Source: Amoebidium appalachense
Lineage: Eukaryota > Protista > Ichthyosporea
Direction of reading: 5' to 3'
Assembly (NCBI GenBank): GCA_963693365.1
Contig: CAVNZM010000001.1
Span: 13,006,418 to 13,070,417 of the forward strand
Length of the DNA stretch: 64,000 nt
Made by a program: the position numbers and the translations under genes. The notes beneath the pieces were generated by a model that saw nothing but the letters and a program-made list of their open reading frames with translations, had not been told where the DNA came from and searched no databases. Shown in pieces: positions 12,002 to 28,881 of this stretch (position 1 is its first letter; each line of letters opens with the position of its first letter).

Positions 12002-12707
12002 GTGTGTATACTGTGTGACCGTGACGTCACGCGGCCGTAGTGCGTGTATGTGTACGTTTGTGTGTGTGTGACCATGTTTGTATAATAATGTGTGTGCGCG
12101 ACCATAATGTGCCGGGGGCTGGGGTTGGCTCAACTTGGTGATCCGCCTCGGGCCGGGTATGATAGGTCTGGTGACGTCATCGAGTCGGGTCGAGGCGGGT
12201 CGGGTCGGAGGGTGGCAAATGCTTTGTGAGACATACACACTGCAGATCGTCCGACCCATCCGCGAACGATGGCTCCTGAGCCACTAATTAGACTTAGAAA
12301 ATTTCCCAGATTTTTCAACAGCTGGCAGATTAAAATTCGCCTATTGCCGGCGTCCGAGTGGCTAATATAGCACAGATAGTATAAATCATTCAATCGTAGA
12401 TCACATCAGCGTTTCCGATGATTACACGTATATTTCTTTCCCGTATCATGGTTAAATTTTGGGGCGCTTGAGAGTAATTTCAATACTTGACCGATGACCC
12501 CCACAGGCAACTTGCGAAGGGATTCATGCTGGTGTATTCCAAACCCCGAGCCATGTGCCCAGCGGGCAGCTCGGCACAGTCTACAGCTGCAGCTGGCGCT
12601 GCAACACAAACGTACGTTCTTTGCAGCCTCAAAGTTAGTGTTACTTCACACCATGGCCACAAAACTCCGTTTCAAAGTGCAGTGTATACTTCATTTCAAC
12701 ACAAAAA

Positions 12708-13348
12708 ATGGCAGGCGCTAACTTCTTTGCTTTCGCTGTGTTCCAAAACGGACTCCCCAAGCCTCTCACTAAGATCCCTAGAACAGTCCCAGAAAACACA
12801 GTTTTTGCTGACGAAAACGTGCTCGTGCAAAACAATTATGCACCCAAAATGGCTTGCTTCGTTGCACAAACACCCTTCACAAAAGAAAACGTGTTCCTCG
12901 TGTTATGCCATAGTCTTCGAAGGTAAACGGGGCACTTTACGCGTGGTGCCATGATCTAAGTGTCTTTAAGCCTTCTGAAAGACAGGTGGAGGTAGACGCG
13001 TGGCGCGAGAAAGTCAGCAAGGAAAAGGGCCCTGTGCCTTTTTCGATGCAGCGTTGTCCGGTGTTTCCTGTCTTCACAGACGACGGGAGATTTGAAGGAC
13101 AAAACGACGAGATGGAGAGGGCAGCTCGCAGGATTAGAACTCGAATGAATGCTAACAAGAAAATGCATGCTGGCCCTCTGAAGTATGACGTGAATGGTGC
13201 GGTTTGGACGGAGTTAGCATACTACGCAAAGAAAAATCTCTGCGCGACCGTTGTTGAAGCCATAGAAGATCAAGGCGAGCTAACAATTAAGACAATCTTT
13301 GAAAATCTGCAGGATGCAAAGAAGTTTTTAACACCGAGGATGGACTAG
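12708..13348 (+). CDS. Unknown protein of about 210 aa, probably one gene with a frameshift near 12912
   Basis: ORF 12708-12926 can be joined to a second frame that is open from 12914 to 13348 (...KVNGALYAWCHDLSVFKPSERQVEVDAWREK...). No recognisable domain. Confidence 0.4.
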
Positions 13349-13876
13349 ACCACAGTGCTAAGGTCACCAGCAAGCCTCTATTTAGAAACTATACTGAAGT
13401 TGTTAAGAAAACACGTAAAAATGGCATAGTAGAGGACGTGATTGTGAAAAGGAAACAGCCTATAGGTGATGGTACCCTGGTGGTCACCGAAGAGAATCCT
13501 CTCGTTTTTGAACTTAGGCGTGGCAAGAAAGGCGGCTGCGCTTTGTACATCTCTTTTGCATACAAACAGGAGCAGTGTATTGTCGTAAGGTAATAATCTT
13601 TCTGTTGTGAAACAACAATAGGTGGGGTTTTGCTCTATAAGGTTTGTATTCAATTTGTCCGCTGGTATCGGTAGGGAGGGAGTAAGTCACTAGTCTGGGT
13701 TGTGCCCAGGGTAATAGTAGTAAATTGGGCTGTGCCTCATTTAACCTCGGCCACTGTAAATAAAATCAAATTGCCTACGGCAAACAGTTTCCAATTAATT
13801 GCCACGAACAAGCAGCAAAGCTCACTCAGCCCGTTTCTACCCCCACCCCACCCCCACCCCCACCCCACCCGTTTGC

Positions 13877-15159
<1,283 letters not shown>

Positions 15160-15219
15160 ATTATAAAGCGAGCCCATCCCGTCAATATGCATTAATATTC
15201 ATTCAATGTTAAAGCATAA

Positions 15220-16187
15220 TCAGGCTTGATCAAACCATTTGTCCCTGACACGTTTCCTCAAGTCAGATAAACTCCCGGTGGTATCAATCTCCACGCCCCT
15301 TTCACCGAGGTCACTGCATACCTTCAAAAGGTCCCCCCTATTCATCTTCTGTATTTTTTTCAAATCTAGAATACGGGGAGTGATAGACACAGAATTTGCA
15401 TATTCCTCAGCGGTTTTAACAAAACTCTCAGTGCCACTCAATTTTCCAGTCACAACACATTCATACACTTGCATATGCAGCACTCTTGCAAAAATCACAC
15501 TTCTGCCTGCCACCCTTGACATCTCGTCTCACCCTCCCCCCACCTTCCGCCCGCACCTCAGCCCTCCCCTCAACTCCCCTCTCAATCCTGGCCTCTAGAG
15601 ATTCCCTCCCCCTCATCAGCCAACCCATCCTCAACAACCTCACCCTCCTCGTCTACACTTGGCAGGCCTTCTATCTCAGCACCGTTAGGCCTGCCACACC
15701 AACAAAACTCAAGACTCTCCAACATATATGTTGGTGTCATCTCCCGTGGTCTGGACCAATTGCTAAGCACGGTCCTCTTTGGCATTTTGTTCCGCAACCA
15801 TAGTGTGGATGCAAATGTGTGTTTCCATACTTGCCACCATACATTCATATCCTTGTCCTTCATTTGCCAATTCACAAATGCAAACATTTTTTTCACAACA
15901 TGCAGCAAGGACTCGCCTCGCGTTCCTGCATATCTGCCGCACACAAACTTGTCCCTAGTTTATCCAGCAGTTCCTCCGTTTGGGCTGGTATGGTTACACC
16001 CAACTCAAAAATTGTTGGTGTGTATGATGTGGGGCGGAACAGGACCACCGTGTTGTGCAGCTCGATAGCTGCATCTTTCATCTGCAAGGAAATAGGATGT
16101 TAAATAAGTGTGAGTTCTTGATTTTGTGTGCCACGTGTGCGGGCAGCGGGGATTCCTGCGCGCCTGTGCGCGGGCATGCGCGCGCAC

Positions 16188-16244
<57 letters not shown>

Positions 16245-18731
16245 GGGGGAGTGTGTTTGTGTGTGTGTGTGTGTGTCTGAACGGTGTGTTGAAAATGTGG
16301 TTGACTAGCGCTGTGTGTATGTTTATGTTTGCTTGTTATACGCAATTCTCATGATTCTTCATGCAATATGTTCAGCAACTCTCACTCTCTTTCTGAGAAT
16401 GAAAGTGACGGTTGTTCTGTTACAAACCACGGTTTTTTTACGGGGGGGGGGGGGGGGGAAGGGGGATAGTTCACCTGTTCATACTCCTCCCGCGTCAGGT
16501 TCTTTGACGGTGCTGCTGTTAAAACGTCACGTATGGTGAGACCGAGGCACTGCAAAACACAACGCTCATGAAGCCAGTTTTCGCTTTCTACTAGTAGAGC
16601 GGGGTTGGGTGGTATAAGTGTATCCACCAATGTGTGAATGTTTCGCATGATCGAAGCGGTTTGGTCTCCCTGAAACCTCAGATTCTCGGGACAGGAAAAC
16701 ACCTTCCCGTTGCCGGTCTTTGCTGTCTTTGCCCATTTGTTGTAGTAATCAAGTATGGTCACGTGCGCATCTCGCATGAATGGAAGATCACCAATTGTGC
16801 TAAGCACTTTGTGAAACCAGGAAGATCCGAAATTCTCCTGGCTGACGGCCCCACCATCTCTTGTGACTGCTGTATGTAAAAGCTCAAAGGTATACCAGAG
16901 ACCTACACGTGTATTTGGATGAAGTATGTCTTGCCAAGTGGGTGCGTTACCTATTGGTGATTCAGTGTGGTGTCGTGTGCCGTTTGCTTTGTTCCAATTT
17001 TTTTTGTATTCGTAAATCTGGTTTGCTGTAAAAACTTTGTCTGGATTGGCTAATTTCTTTCTGTCTACTGCATCGTACAGTTTCACGATTGTGTCTTTGC
17101 GAAATTCTGGTGTGTATTTTTTGAACATGTCTGCGGTAGCATTGGGTTTTAAGCAATTTGCGGGAAGAGAAGGATCGATGCCTTTGTAGGCAGCCTGATA
17201 GTGACTATTGAAATAGGTAAACGCCTGATTGTACTCACCACCCAATTCATTCAACATTTTATTGTCTGCCCCCCAACCTAACAACTCGAAGCGCACGTTA
17301 TCGAAGTCACCTATCGTGTAGTGCTGCTGGCTGATGCGCTCCCACTGTTTAGTGGTGTCCCGCACTATAAAGTGGGACGCAGGGTGAGATTCACCGAACT
17401 GTCCACCGGCCTGCAAAAAGTGTTGTTTCGTGAACTGCCGACCGCATTTGGAAAACCGAAAGAAAAAAAAGGTCCCACTGCGCCGTTTGACAAATCTGGT
17501 ACCGTCCCCCGAGTGTAGGACGTAGATGACAAAGTCATCGGGTTCGTGCTCGATTTTATCCGCAGAGTAACCATGTCCAAGCCACACCCACTTTCCGTGT
17601 TTCTTTCGCTGTGCCTCGGTCATGACTACAAAGGCCGCTATCTTGATATACTCCTCGAGCTCGGTATAGAAGCCGTGCGCCGCGGCGCCTCCGGTTCCTC
17701 CGGATCACTAAGCACGTCGTCTGGAATGTGCCGAAACCATTTGCGGGCTGGTGTTTCCTTCTCAATGTACGCGTTCATTTCCTTCACAGTGGAATAACGT
17801 GGCAGAGGTATGGACTTTCCCTCCATAGACGTGGGTATCGTGTACTTGTGCACCTGCACGCCCCGAGCACTGTCGTCACGCACACAAAACGTGGTCGAAG
17901 CCGAGTCTTTCGCCATGTGACCGCGGGTGGAAAGCTGCTGGTGGGCGTACATGTGATCCAGTGAACGCAACACGTTCGCCTCGCTTTTCTCGAATTCCTT
18001 TACGTTGTTAATAATACAGTTGACGTGCTCCGTCGCCGTTTTCGTACCAGCGAGGGCAGCAAACAAGATGGCGGCTTCATGTTTGCCTATCATGCGCAAA
18101 ATAAGGCGGGAGCAAAGGACGAGAATGGGAGTGCGGTAGGTGGGTAACCCACCACTGATCATAGCCGCGCATACTTCGAGTTCGTCCAGTCGTGTACTCA
18201 ACGCGTTGTTTGACATTCCCCACGTCACGGGGTGATTGAGCCTGTTCAGCCATGTTGATGTGGGATTGCCTTCCCACACAGGTTGCAGGCGAAGTGTTTT
18301 CTCTCCTTGTTTCGTAGTGAAGATTTTGTGTTCAGAAAACCCGTCCCAAAATTCAATTTTAAAATCAAATTCCTTGTTGTAAATTTTACGTTTCGGTGCT
18401 TCGTTTTCAGGGTCCGCTAAGGCGTCAGGATCATTGTTGTTTCCTTCCCCAGCAGACTCCTCGCCACTGTCATCTGCGTTCAGGTCGGAGAAAACGACCG
18501 GTTTTGCTTTAGGAAGGACACTAGCGGGAGGAAACCATTCTTCTATTATTCTTTTGTGCGATCTTCTTAGCTTTATCTTCTTAGGTTGGGGGCCAGGCTC
18601 ATTTTGATCCTCATGATCAGAGTCTATTCTCCTTTGCTCTCGTTCTTGTTGCTCAGCTTTCTCTTTATCATATTTTTCCTTGTTTCGTAACGCCGCCCCT
18701 TTCAGGACCGGCTTTTTTTTTTTTTTGGCAT
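15220..18731 (-). pseudogene. Large decayed DDE-transposase-like gene (RAG1/Transib-like motif order), one intron, C-terminal Cys cluster and SAP-like motif
   Basis: Consecutive ORFs join across frameshifts (~17690, ~15915, ~15600, ~15465) and a phase-0 GT-AG intron (16474-16082). Motifs SGDG, WGADNKMLNELGGE, FELLH, LRFQGD, TPTIF..., MQERE, FCWCG...CDFC and DLLKVCSDLG...GSLSDLRKRV. Confidence 0.6.
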
Positions 18732-19154
18732 GGCTATTTATCATAAAGTTATTAAAAAACCATTACAGTATTCCTATCTAATGGCTCGGTTTATGTGTGT
18801 GCACGGCATTATACTTAGCGTACTATGTGTCGCGGGCGAAAAGCTTGTATGTGTACAGTTGAAACAATTGACAGATATTTCACGAGACTTCAATGTTTTG
18901 ATCCATCTGCTTCCATCCCAGAAAATCAAATCCACCGGCGGGAAGTATTTCTTAAAAATTTTCAGTGAGGGCTTGAGCTTTTCATGCCATTCTTCAGTGG
19001 CCTAAGCCATCTTTGATCCATTCTGCTGAGGTTTGAGCTTCAGCCCAGGACCACTGGCAGCTGGGGTGCGCATGATATGATTGTCTCTTTGGTTGCGCAG
19101 AAGCTTCCAGCACCTCAATATTGTGCACACACGCGCACACACACACACCGTGTG

Positions 19155-19214
<60 letters not shown>

Positions 19215-19218
19215 CACA

Positions 19219-19275
<57 letters not shown>

Positions 19276-19536
19276 GCGCGCGCACACACACACACACACA
19301 CAAACCTGACACACAAATACACACACATATAACCATAAACATACACGCGTATACATGCACCATCACCACACATTACGCCCACGCCCACGAACACCCATAA
19401 CCCGGTTATCCGCCGGGTCAGCTTGACTTGTGGTTTGAGGTATATTTTCCATTAATATTCAGTATTGGCTAGCTACGGACCATTCATTCATGATTGAAGC
19501 AGATCAGTAGTCAAAGTTGATTTTGTTTTTATTGGT

Positions 19537-20934
19537 TAAGGCGGAGAATAGAGTCAAAATCATAATTGGCCTCCGATCCAATCAGACGGCGGCATTTTGT
19601 TGCTAAACCGCTAAAATCCTTTAGATCATGCTAATGTTTCTCAATCGATTGCGATTGGCTAGAGGCACCATTTTGGCGGGAAGGCACAAAGCACACGGTG
19701 ATTGCAACCCAACCATAAGGCAGAGCTTTATTAGATATGCGACGATTGGCTATTGCTATGCCACGGGATCATGCGTATGCCAGTGGTGTTGTTCTTCAAA
19801 CATGACTCAGTTTTCGTGCCTGGTTTTAGGGCTGTCCGTGTCGAAAAGAATAGGTAGGTCGCGAACAGACGGGTGGATAAAACCCCTTTCACCCATGGTG
19901 CAGCAGAACAAAAAAACGGGACCTCCAGACGCGTGTGCTGCGCATTTATCTTCCGAAAGCTCATGAAGGGTATACGAAAATATGCACACAAAGAAAGAAA
20001 AAAGCCAAAAGTCTGCAAAACAACCCAGGTAGGACCCCCTATCTAGGGGTCGTGATTGTCATAAAGCACCCATCCATACTTTTTCCCGCTATCACCCGGA
20101 AAACACAAGCACATAACATCCCAGATATAGAGCATGGGCATTTCGTTGAGAGAGTGACAACACCTGTAGGGCTGAGCCGGTTTTTACGTTTTTTTTTGCG
20201 ACGAGCCTTTCCACCAGGAATTGCGTGAGCAAACTAATTGAATGTCATTATCACACAATATATCAATTTTCTTACAGAAAAATTGCACGAAATAGTGCTT
20301 TTTATGCTTCTCACAACTGATAACTCTATATCTTCTGGCGCTGAACTGCGTGTGCACTTGTTGTACACGATACCCTCTATAAACAATGTCCAAATGGCTG
20401 TTGTTTACAGGTTATTTACATGTATGATTTACATTAAATACAAGATAGCGCATACTGATCTGCCGGCAGAGGTCAATTGTCGCTGAATGTGTATACTGAA
20501 ACCAGCATAAAAATGATCAAAAAACTAAGGAATAAATAAATATTTTTTACAGAAGCTTTATGATATTCTTATTATTCGTAGTCTTTGGTTGTCTGCAAAT
20601 AAATTGTAAACCTTTCATATATGCATATTCGATCACGTTTTATGCTGTGGATAATGGAGCCAATGAAAAATGATTCTACCAAGTTCTGATCGCCGCACCA
20701 ACAACACTTTAGATTGTTCTATTGGTCAAGCCGGATTTAGTTTTCCCGCCAAATTTGAAGCTAATCACGCAACACATTCAGATCGCGCCATACGACTGGA
20801 GGATCAGATCCCCATAGTTGCTCTTTTCGGGTCCCTCAATACCCGCTCGGTAAGAGACTTGACACCAGTTTAGCGGCTATGTAATGAAGACAGATAGTAA
20901 TTACTGCAAGCGGCACCCAGGATACCACCCCTTA
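19537..20934. mobile_element. Possible TTAA-flanked non-autonomous DNA element
   Basis: ttaagg at the left end and ccttaa at the right end with weak terminal complementarity. Inverted subterminal GATTRGCT...TTTGGCGGGAA motifs at ~19654-19682 and ~20742-20768. Confidence 0.25.
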
Positions 20935-22506
20935 AACCACAAAAAATAAGCTTGAATTATTTTTTGGTATAAGATCGTCTAATACCAAAAACATTGATCT
21001 CGCATGCTACATAATTATTGTTTTGAAAAACCAGTTTTACTTATGGGCCAGAAGACCAAGTCCCCACACAGGAGAGATGAAGTATGGGGAGCTCGGCTGT
21101 CTTAGGAATATAGGGGGGGGGTTTATAATTTTTTTCGAGGGCGATAGTCTGGGCCGCACGGTTGCTGTCGAGGTACCGTAGTTTCCTTGCGAACCCAAAT
21201 TTCAGCCGCAGGTGCGAGCTGTGCGCTTTTCCTTGATCCAGGGGGGTCTATGATCAATTTGGCGGGGGCACAGATTGGACCCCCCCCTCCACCTTAATCT
21301 TTATTGACTGGATATTTACTGTATCCGTTTTCTTTGTACCACATCTTCGTTAACGCAGTTTCATTGGTTCGTTCAATCTGCATCACATATAGGCCCTAAC
21401 CTTCCGACATCACAGAGACGCCACCACAACACACATACATCACAACCACACTGTACAACACAACCAAAACTGCAAATCACCACAAGCAGTCACTAGTCCC
21501 GGGTTGTAATGGTTATGAAGGACACTAAGGGGCAGCATAATTGATGTATGCACATGGGGTGGGGCCAGTACCCTATAGTCCCCATGGCATTCATGCGCGG
21601 TGATTTCTTCGCTTATTTGAAATGACACAAAGAGCCATACAACCTGTCAACCCGATCATCGAGTTGGTCTTCCATGTGGGTGAGGAAGGATGGAGAGGGG
21701 TGTGTGTCTACCTACACGGACACATCTCTTCACACTGTCATCTAGGAGTCTTACGAGTCACCAATCTGACTGTTATGATACTTACAGGCCCACGTATTCA
21801 AACCGGGGTGTATGACTTCATGAATTGACTAATGGATTGAATAGGAAATAGTCGTATCGGCCTGAAAAACCATTCAGTGAACTTACCAGCAACACAATAC
21901 TTCATCACAACCAAACGTGTGAGACATCAAGCTAGGGCAGCAGCTTTTTGTTGGGCCCATTCATGGCAACACCAAAATCAGTCAGAATTATATTCTATAT
22001 TCAAGGCATTCACATATGCTTGTAATTTATGTTGTTCACCAGCTTTTCTGCACTGCAGTCGCCAAGCAAATGTGGCAACCACGGGGGAGCAACAGTACCA
22101 TTGTGCTCCATACATGGCTACGCATGTTTCACAAAGCCAGGCCACAGTATTACACTGGCACACACCAGCCTGACACACGTTATAGTGCACTGCTAGCCAT
22201 CATCAAATCATCTAAATTGGGTCGTCACCCACACCATCGGAAGATAGCTGGACTCCCATCCACCAACTGCAATGAAAAGAAATCGGATTACCACCACCCA
22301 CAATCATCCTTTCTGACACGCTGATTGGGTCCCCGCCTACATACACCATTAGGAACATAAACAACGTTAACGGAACCTACTGCCACACAGGCACGCAACA
22401 CGCAAGGTGCTTGCACTGCCACCTGCACACAACCACTGTTTCTCTGCTGGTGGCCCTGTGGCCCATCATGATGCTATGCTCATCCAAGCCGTGTGGAGCA
22501 TAGATC

Positions 22507-26016
<3,510 letters not shown>

Positions 26017-27384
26017 CCTGAGCAAGTATATGGTCGAGGCAGGCGCGCAGGGGTGTGGGTGGGCACGCAGCACCATAGGCCAATGCCTGCTACTCGACAC
26101 GTCCCCAAAGGGCAGACACTCGCACAGCAGCCCGGCACGTCCTGACAGCAGTAGACTTTAGCCGCTAAGCGCTTAGGCCGACTCTGGCTGACTCAGGCGC
26201 TATATCCACAGGGAGGAGAGGCACGCAAAGTGATAGTTTTTTGTTTTTTTTAAAGCTCGTTTGTGCCCCGACCCTCTCTTGATCAAGATGGGACTGCAGC
26301 TGATTGCCCAGCAACCACACAGAATTTTCTAGAGACCAGCCTCCAGGAGCCGCATATTGAATGTTCGGCACATAAGTAAAATGATATTGACCTAATCATC
26401 TTTGAGCTTAGCGTACTGGTGCTCGCTTCACCAATCACAAGAGGTAGTTTACTCAGACTTGACCAATGGGGATCTGGACGAGCTACGCAATAGATTCCGT
26501 ATTCTTTGTCGCTCACGCCCCAGAAAAGGAAACTGTGCAAAAAGCGACCAAGGAAAGTCACAGTTTTAAATTAGTGTCGTGTCCGTACCCACTACGTAAG
26601 TGGCCGGGCACTACTACGCCGCGTGATTAAAAAAAAAAAATAAAAAAAAAAATAAAAAAAAAAAAAAAAGAGGCCGCAGGGAAGACAGCACTCAGAGTGA
26701 CTAGTTTTGTTCTGTTACTTGCTCAGCGTGTGACGTCGACGTCACAGACCCTTTGCCGGACAAACACTGACTGCTGTCCAACTCCGTCGACGCATGACCT
26801 TCGTGACCTTTTGTCTACGAAGAACCTGCTACCCGCAAACACTCTCCATCTTCAAGCACGTCCCTCACCCCCCTCCTGGGACATACCTAATCTTTCTAAG
26901 TAGCAAGTATCCAAGTGGCCCGTCTTGTTTTAGCCACTCGAACAAGTCAACAAGACGATAGATGTGGTAGAGATGTAACTCTCGAGAGCTTGTGAACGTA
27001 ACTGTCTGCCTTCAGCTAGGTCGCATACTTGGACCAAGTGTGCCCCAAGTATGATTGCATGACTCTGTGTACTGTATCGGTTGTCAAAGAATTGGCTTAC
27101 AGTGGCTTTGGAAATATGGCTTCGTACTCTTTGAAACTATTGTCTATACATGCCGAATCTATCGAGCTAATTCATCTTCCATTGCATGGCTCTCTTGTGA
27201 GCATCTTTGCAGGAAGCATCCTATCTGTCCATGAACGTGCTTTTTTCATGGCGCCCAAGCAGGCAGCACTGTAAAGGGCTCGAGCAAGCTAGAGGTGGCT
27301 GCCATAGTCAGAAATACAAGCAGTGCGAATTGAAAGTTACCATTGAGTCCTCTGTTCAGGGAATTTTAACCTTGGAAAGAAGGG

Positions 27385-27415
<31 letters not shown>

Positions 27416-27419
27416 GTGA

Positions 27420-27915
<496 letters not shown>

Positions 27916-27994
27916 AAAAAAAAACAAAAAAAAACACCGTGGCACACACACTTTTACCCAAAAACACACCACATGCACAATGCCGACCATACCC

Positions 27995-28275
27995 ACTCAA
28001 GAACCCCACTACCACCAAATTAACTCACAAAAGAACCCCACTACCACCAAATTAACTCACAAAAGAACCCCAATACCACCAAATCAACTCACAAAAGAAC
28101 CCCACTACCACCAAATTTACTCACAAAAGAACCCCACTACCACCAAATTAGCTCACAAAAGAACCCCGCTACAACCATATTAACTCACAAAAGAACCCAC
28201 TACCACCAAATTAACTCACAAAAGAACCCCTCTACCACCAAATTAACTCACAAAAGAACCGCACTACCACCAAGC
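27995..28275. repeat. 32-bp minisatellite (aactcacaaaagaaccccactaccaccaaatt), about 8-9 copies
   Basis: Unit starts at 28022, 28054 and onward. Confidence 0.92.
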
Positions 28276-28344
28276 TCAAAAGACCTTGATCCCAACCCCA
28301 TCGTGCCCACCGAATCCGTTATGACCAGCGCAACCCTTCAGCCG

Positions 28345-28570
28345 AAGATAGCACCACCCTGCCTATCATCAAAGCAGAACATAGCACCACCCTGCCTATC
28401 ATTAAAGCAGAACATAGCACCACCCTGCCTATCATTAAAGCAGAACATAGCACCGCCCTGCCTACCATGAAAGCAGAACATAACACCACTGCCTACCTTA
28501 AAAGCAGAACATAGCACCACCCTGCCTACCATGAAAGCAGAAGATAGCATCATCCTGCCTACCATTAAAG
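28345..28570. repeat. 33-bp minisatellite (aaagcagaacatagcaccaccctgcctatcatt), about 7 copies
   Basis: Unit starts at 28371, 28404, 28437 and onward. Confidence 0.92.
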
Positions 28571-28850
28571 CTAGCACCGATGAAGGCACTCTCAGACCAG
28601 GACACGAGACAGCCAGCCCCCATACCAACGACCAAACACACCCCACTCGGTCTGTGGCCCGAGGCTGCCAGTACGTCGACCGACAGGCAGAGCCAACAGT
28701 CGATGGCCATGTTATCTTGTGTTTGCTTTGGCTGCCTGGCCCTGTTCTCTGTTGTTGGTGTCCGTCTGCCCTTCACTTCTTGAATCCTCCCTTCGTCACT
28801 GGCTCACTCCTGCGGAAAAACCACCCACGGTGGAACACACGGACCCCCCC

Positions 28851-28881
<31 letters not shown>

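Noticed and set aside
13351-13390. CACAGTG heptamer near the RAG1-like gene
   Set aside because: There is no nonamer at 12- or 23-bp spacing and no inverted partner, so chance is the likely explanation.
26900-27360. Possible decayed ORF upstream of the fumarate reductase (similar case at 21400-21830)
   Set aside because: Multiple stops and no recognisable motif.
27995-28570. 32-33-bp repeats of CRISPR-like length
   Set aside because: The units are head-to-tail with no unique spacers, there are no cas genes, and the context is eukaryotic.
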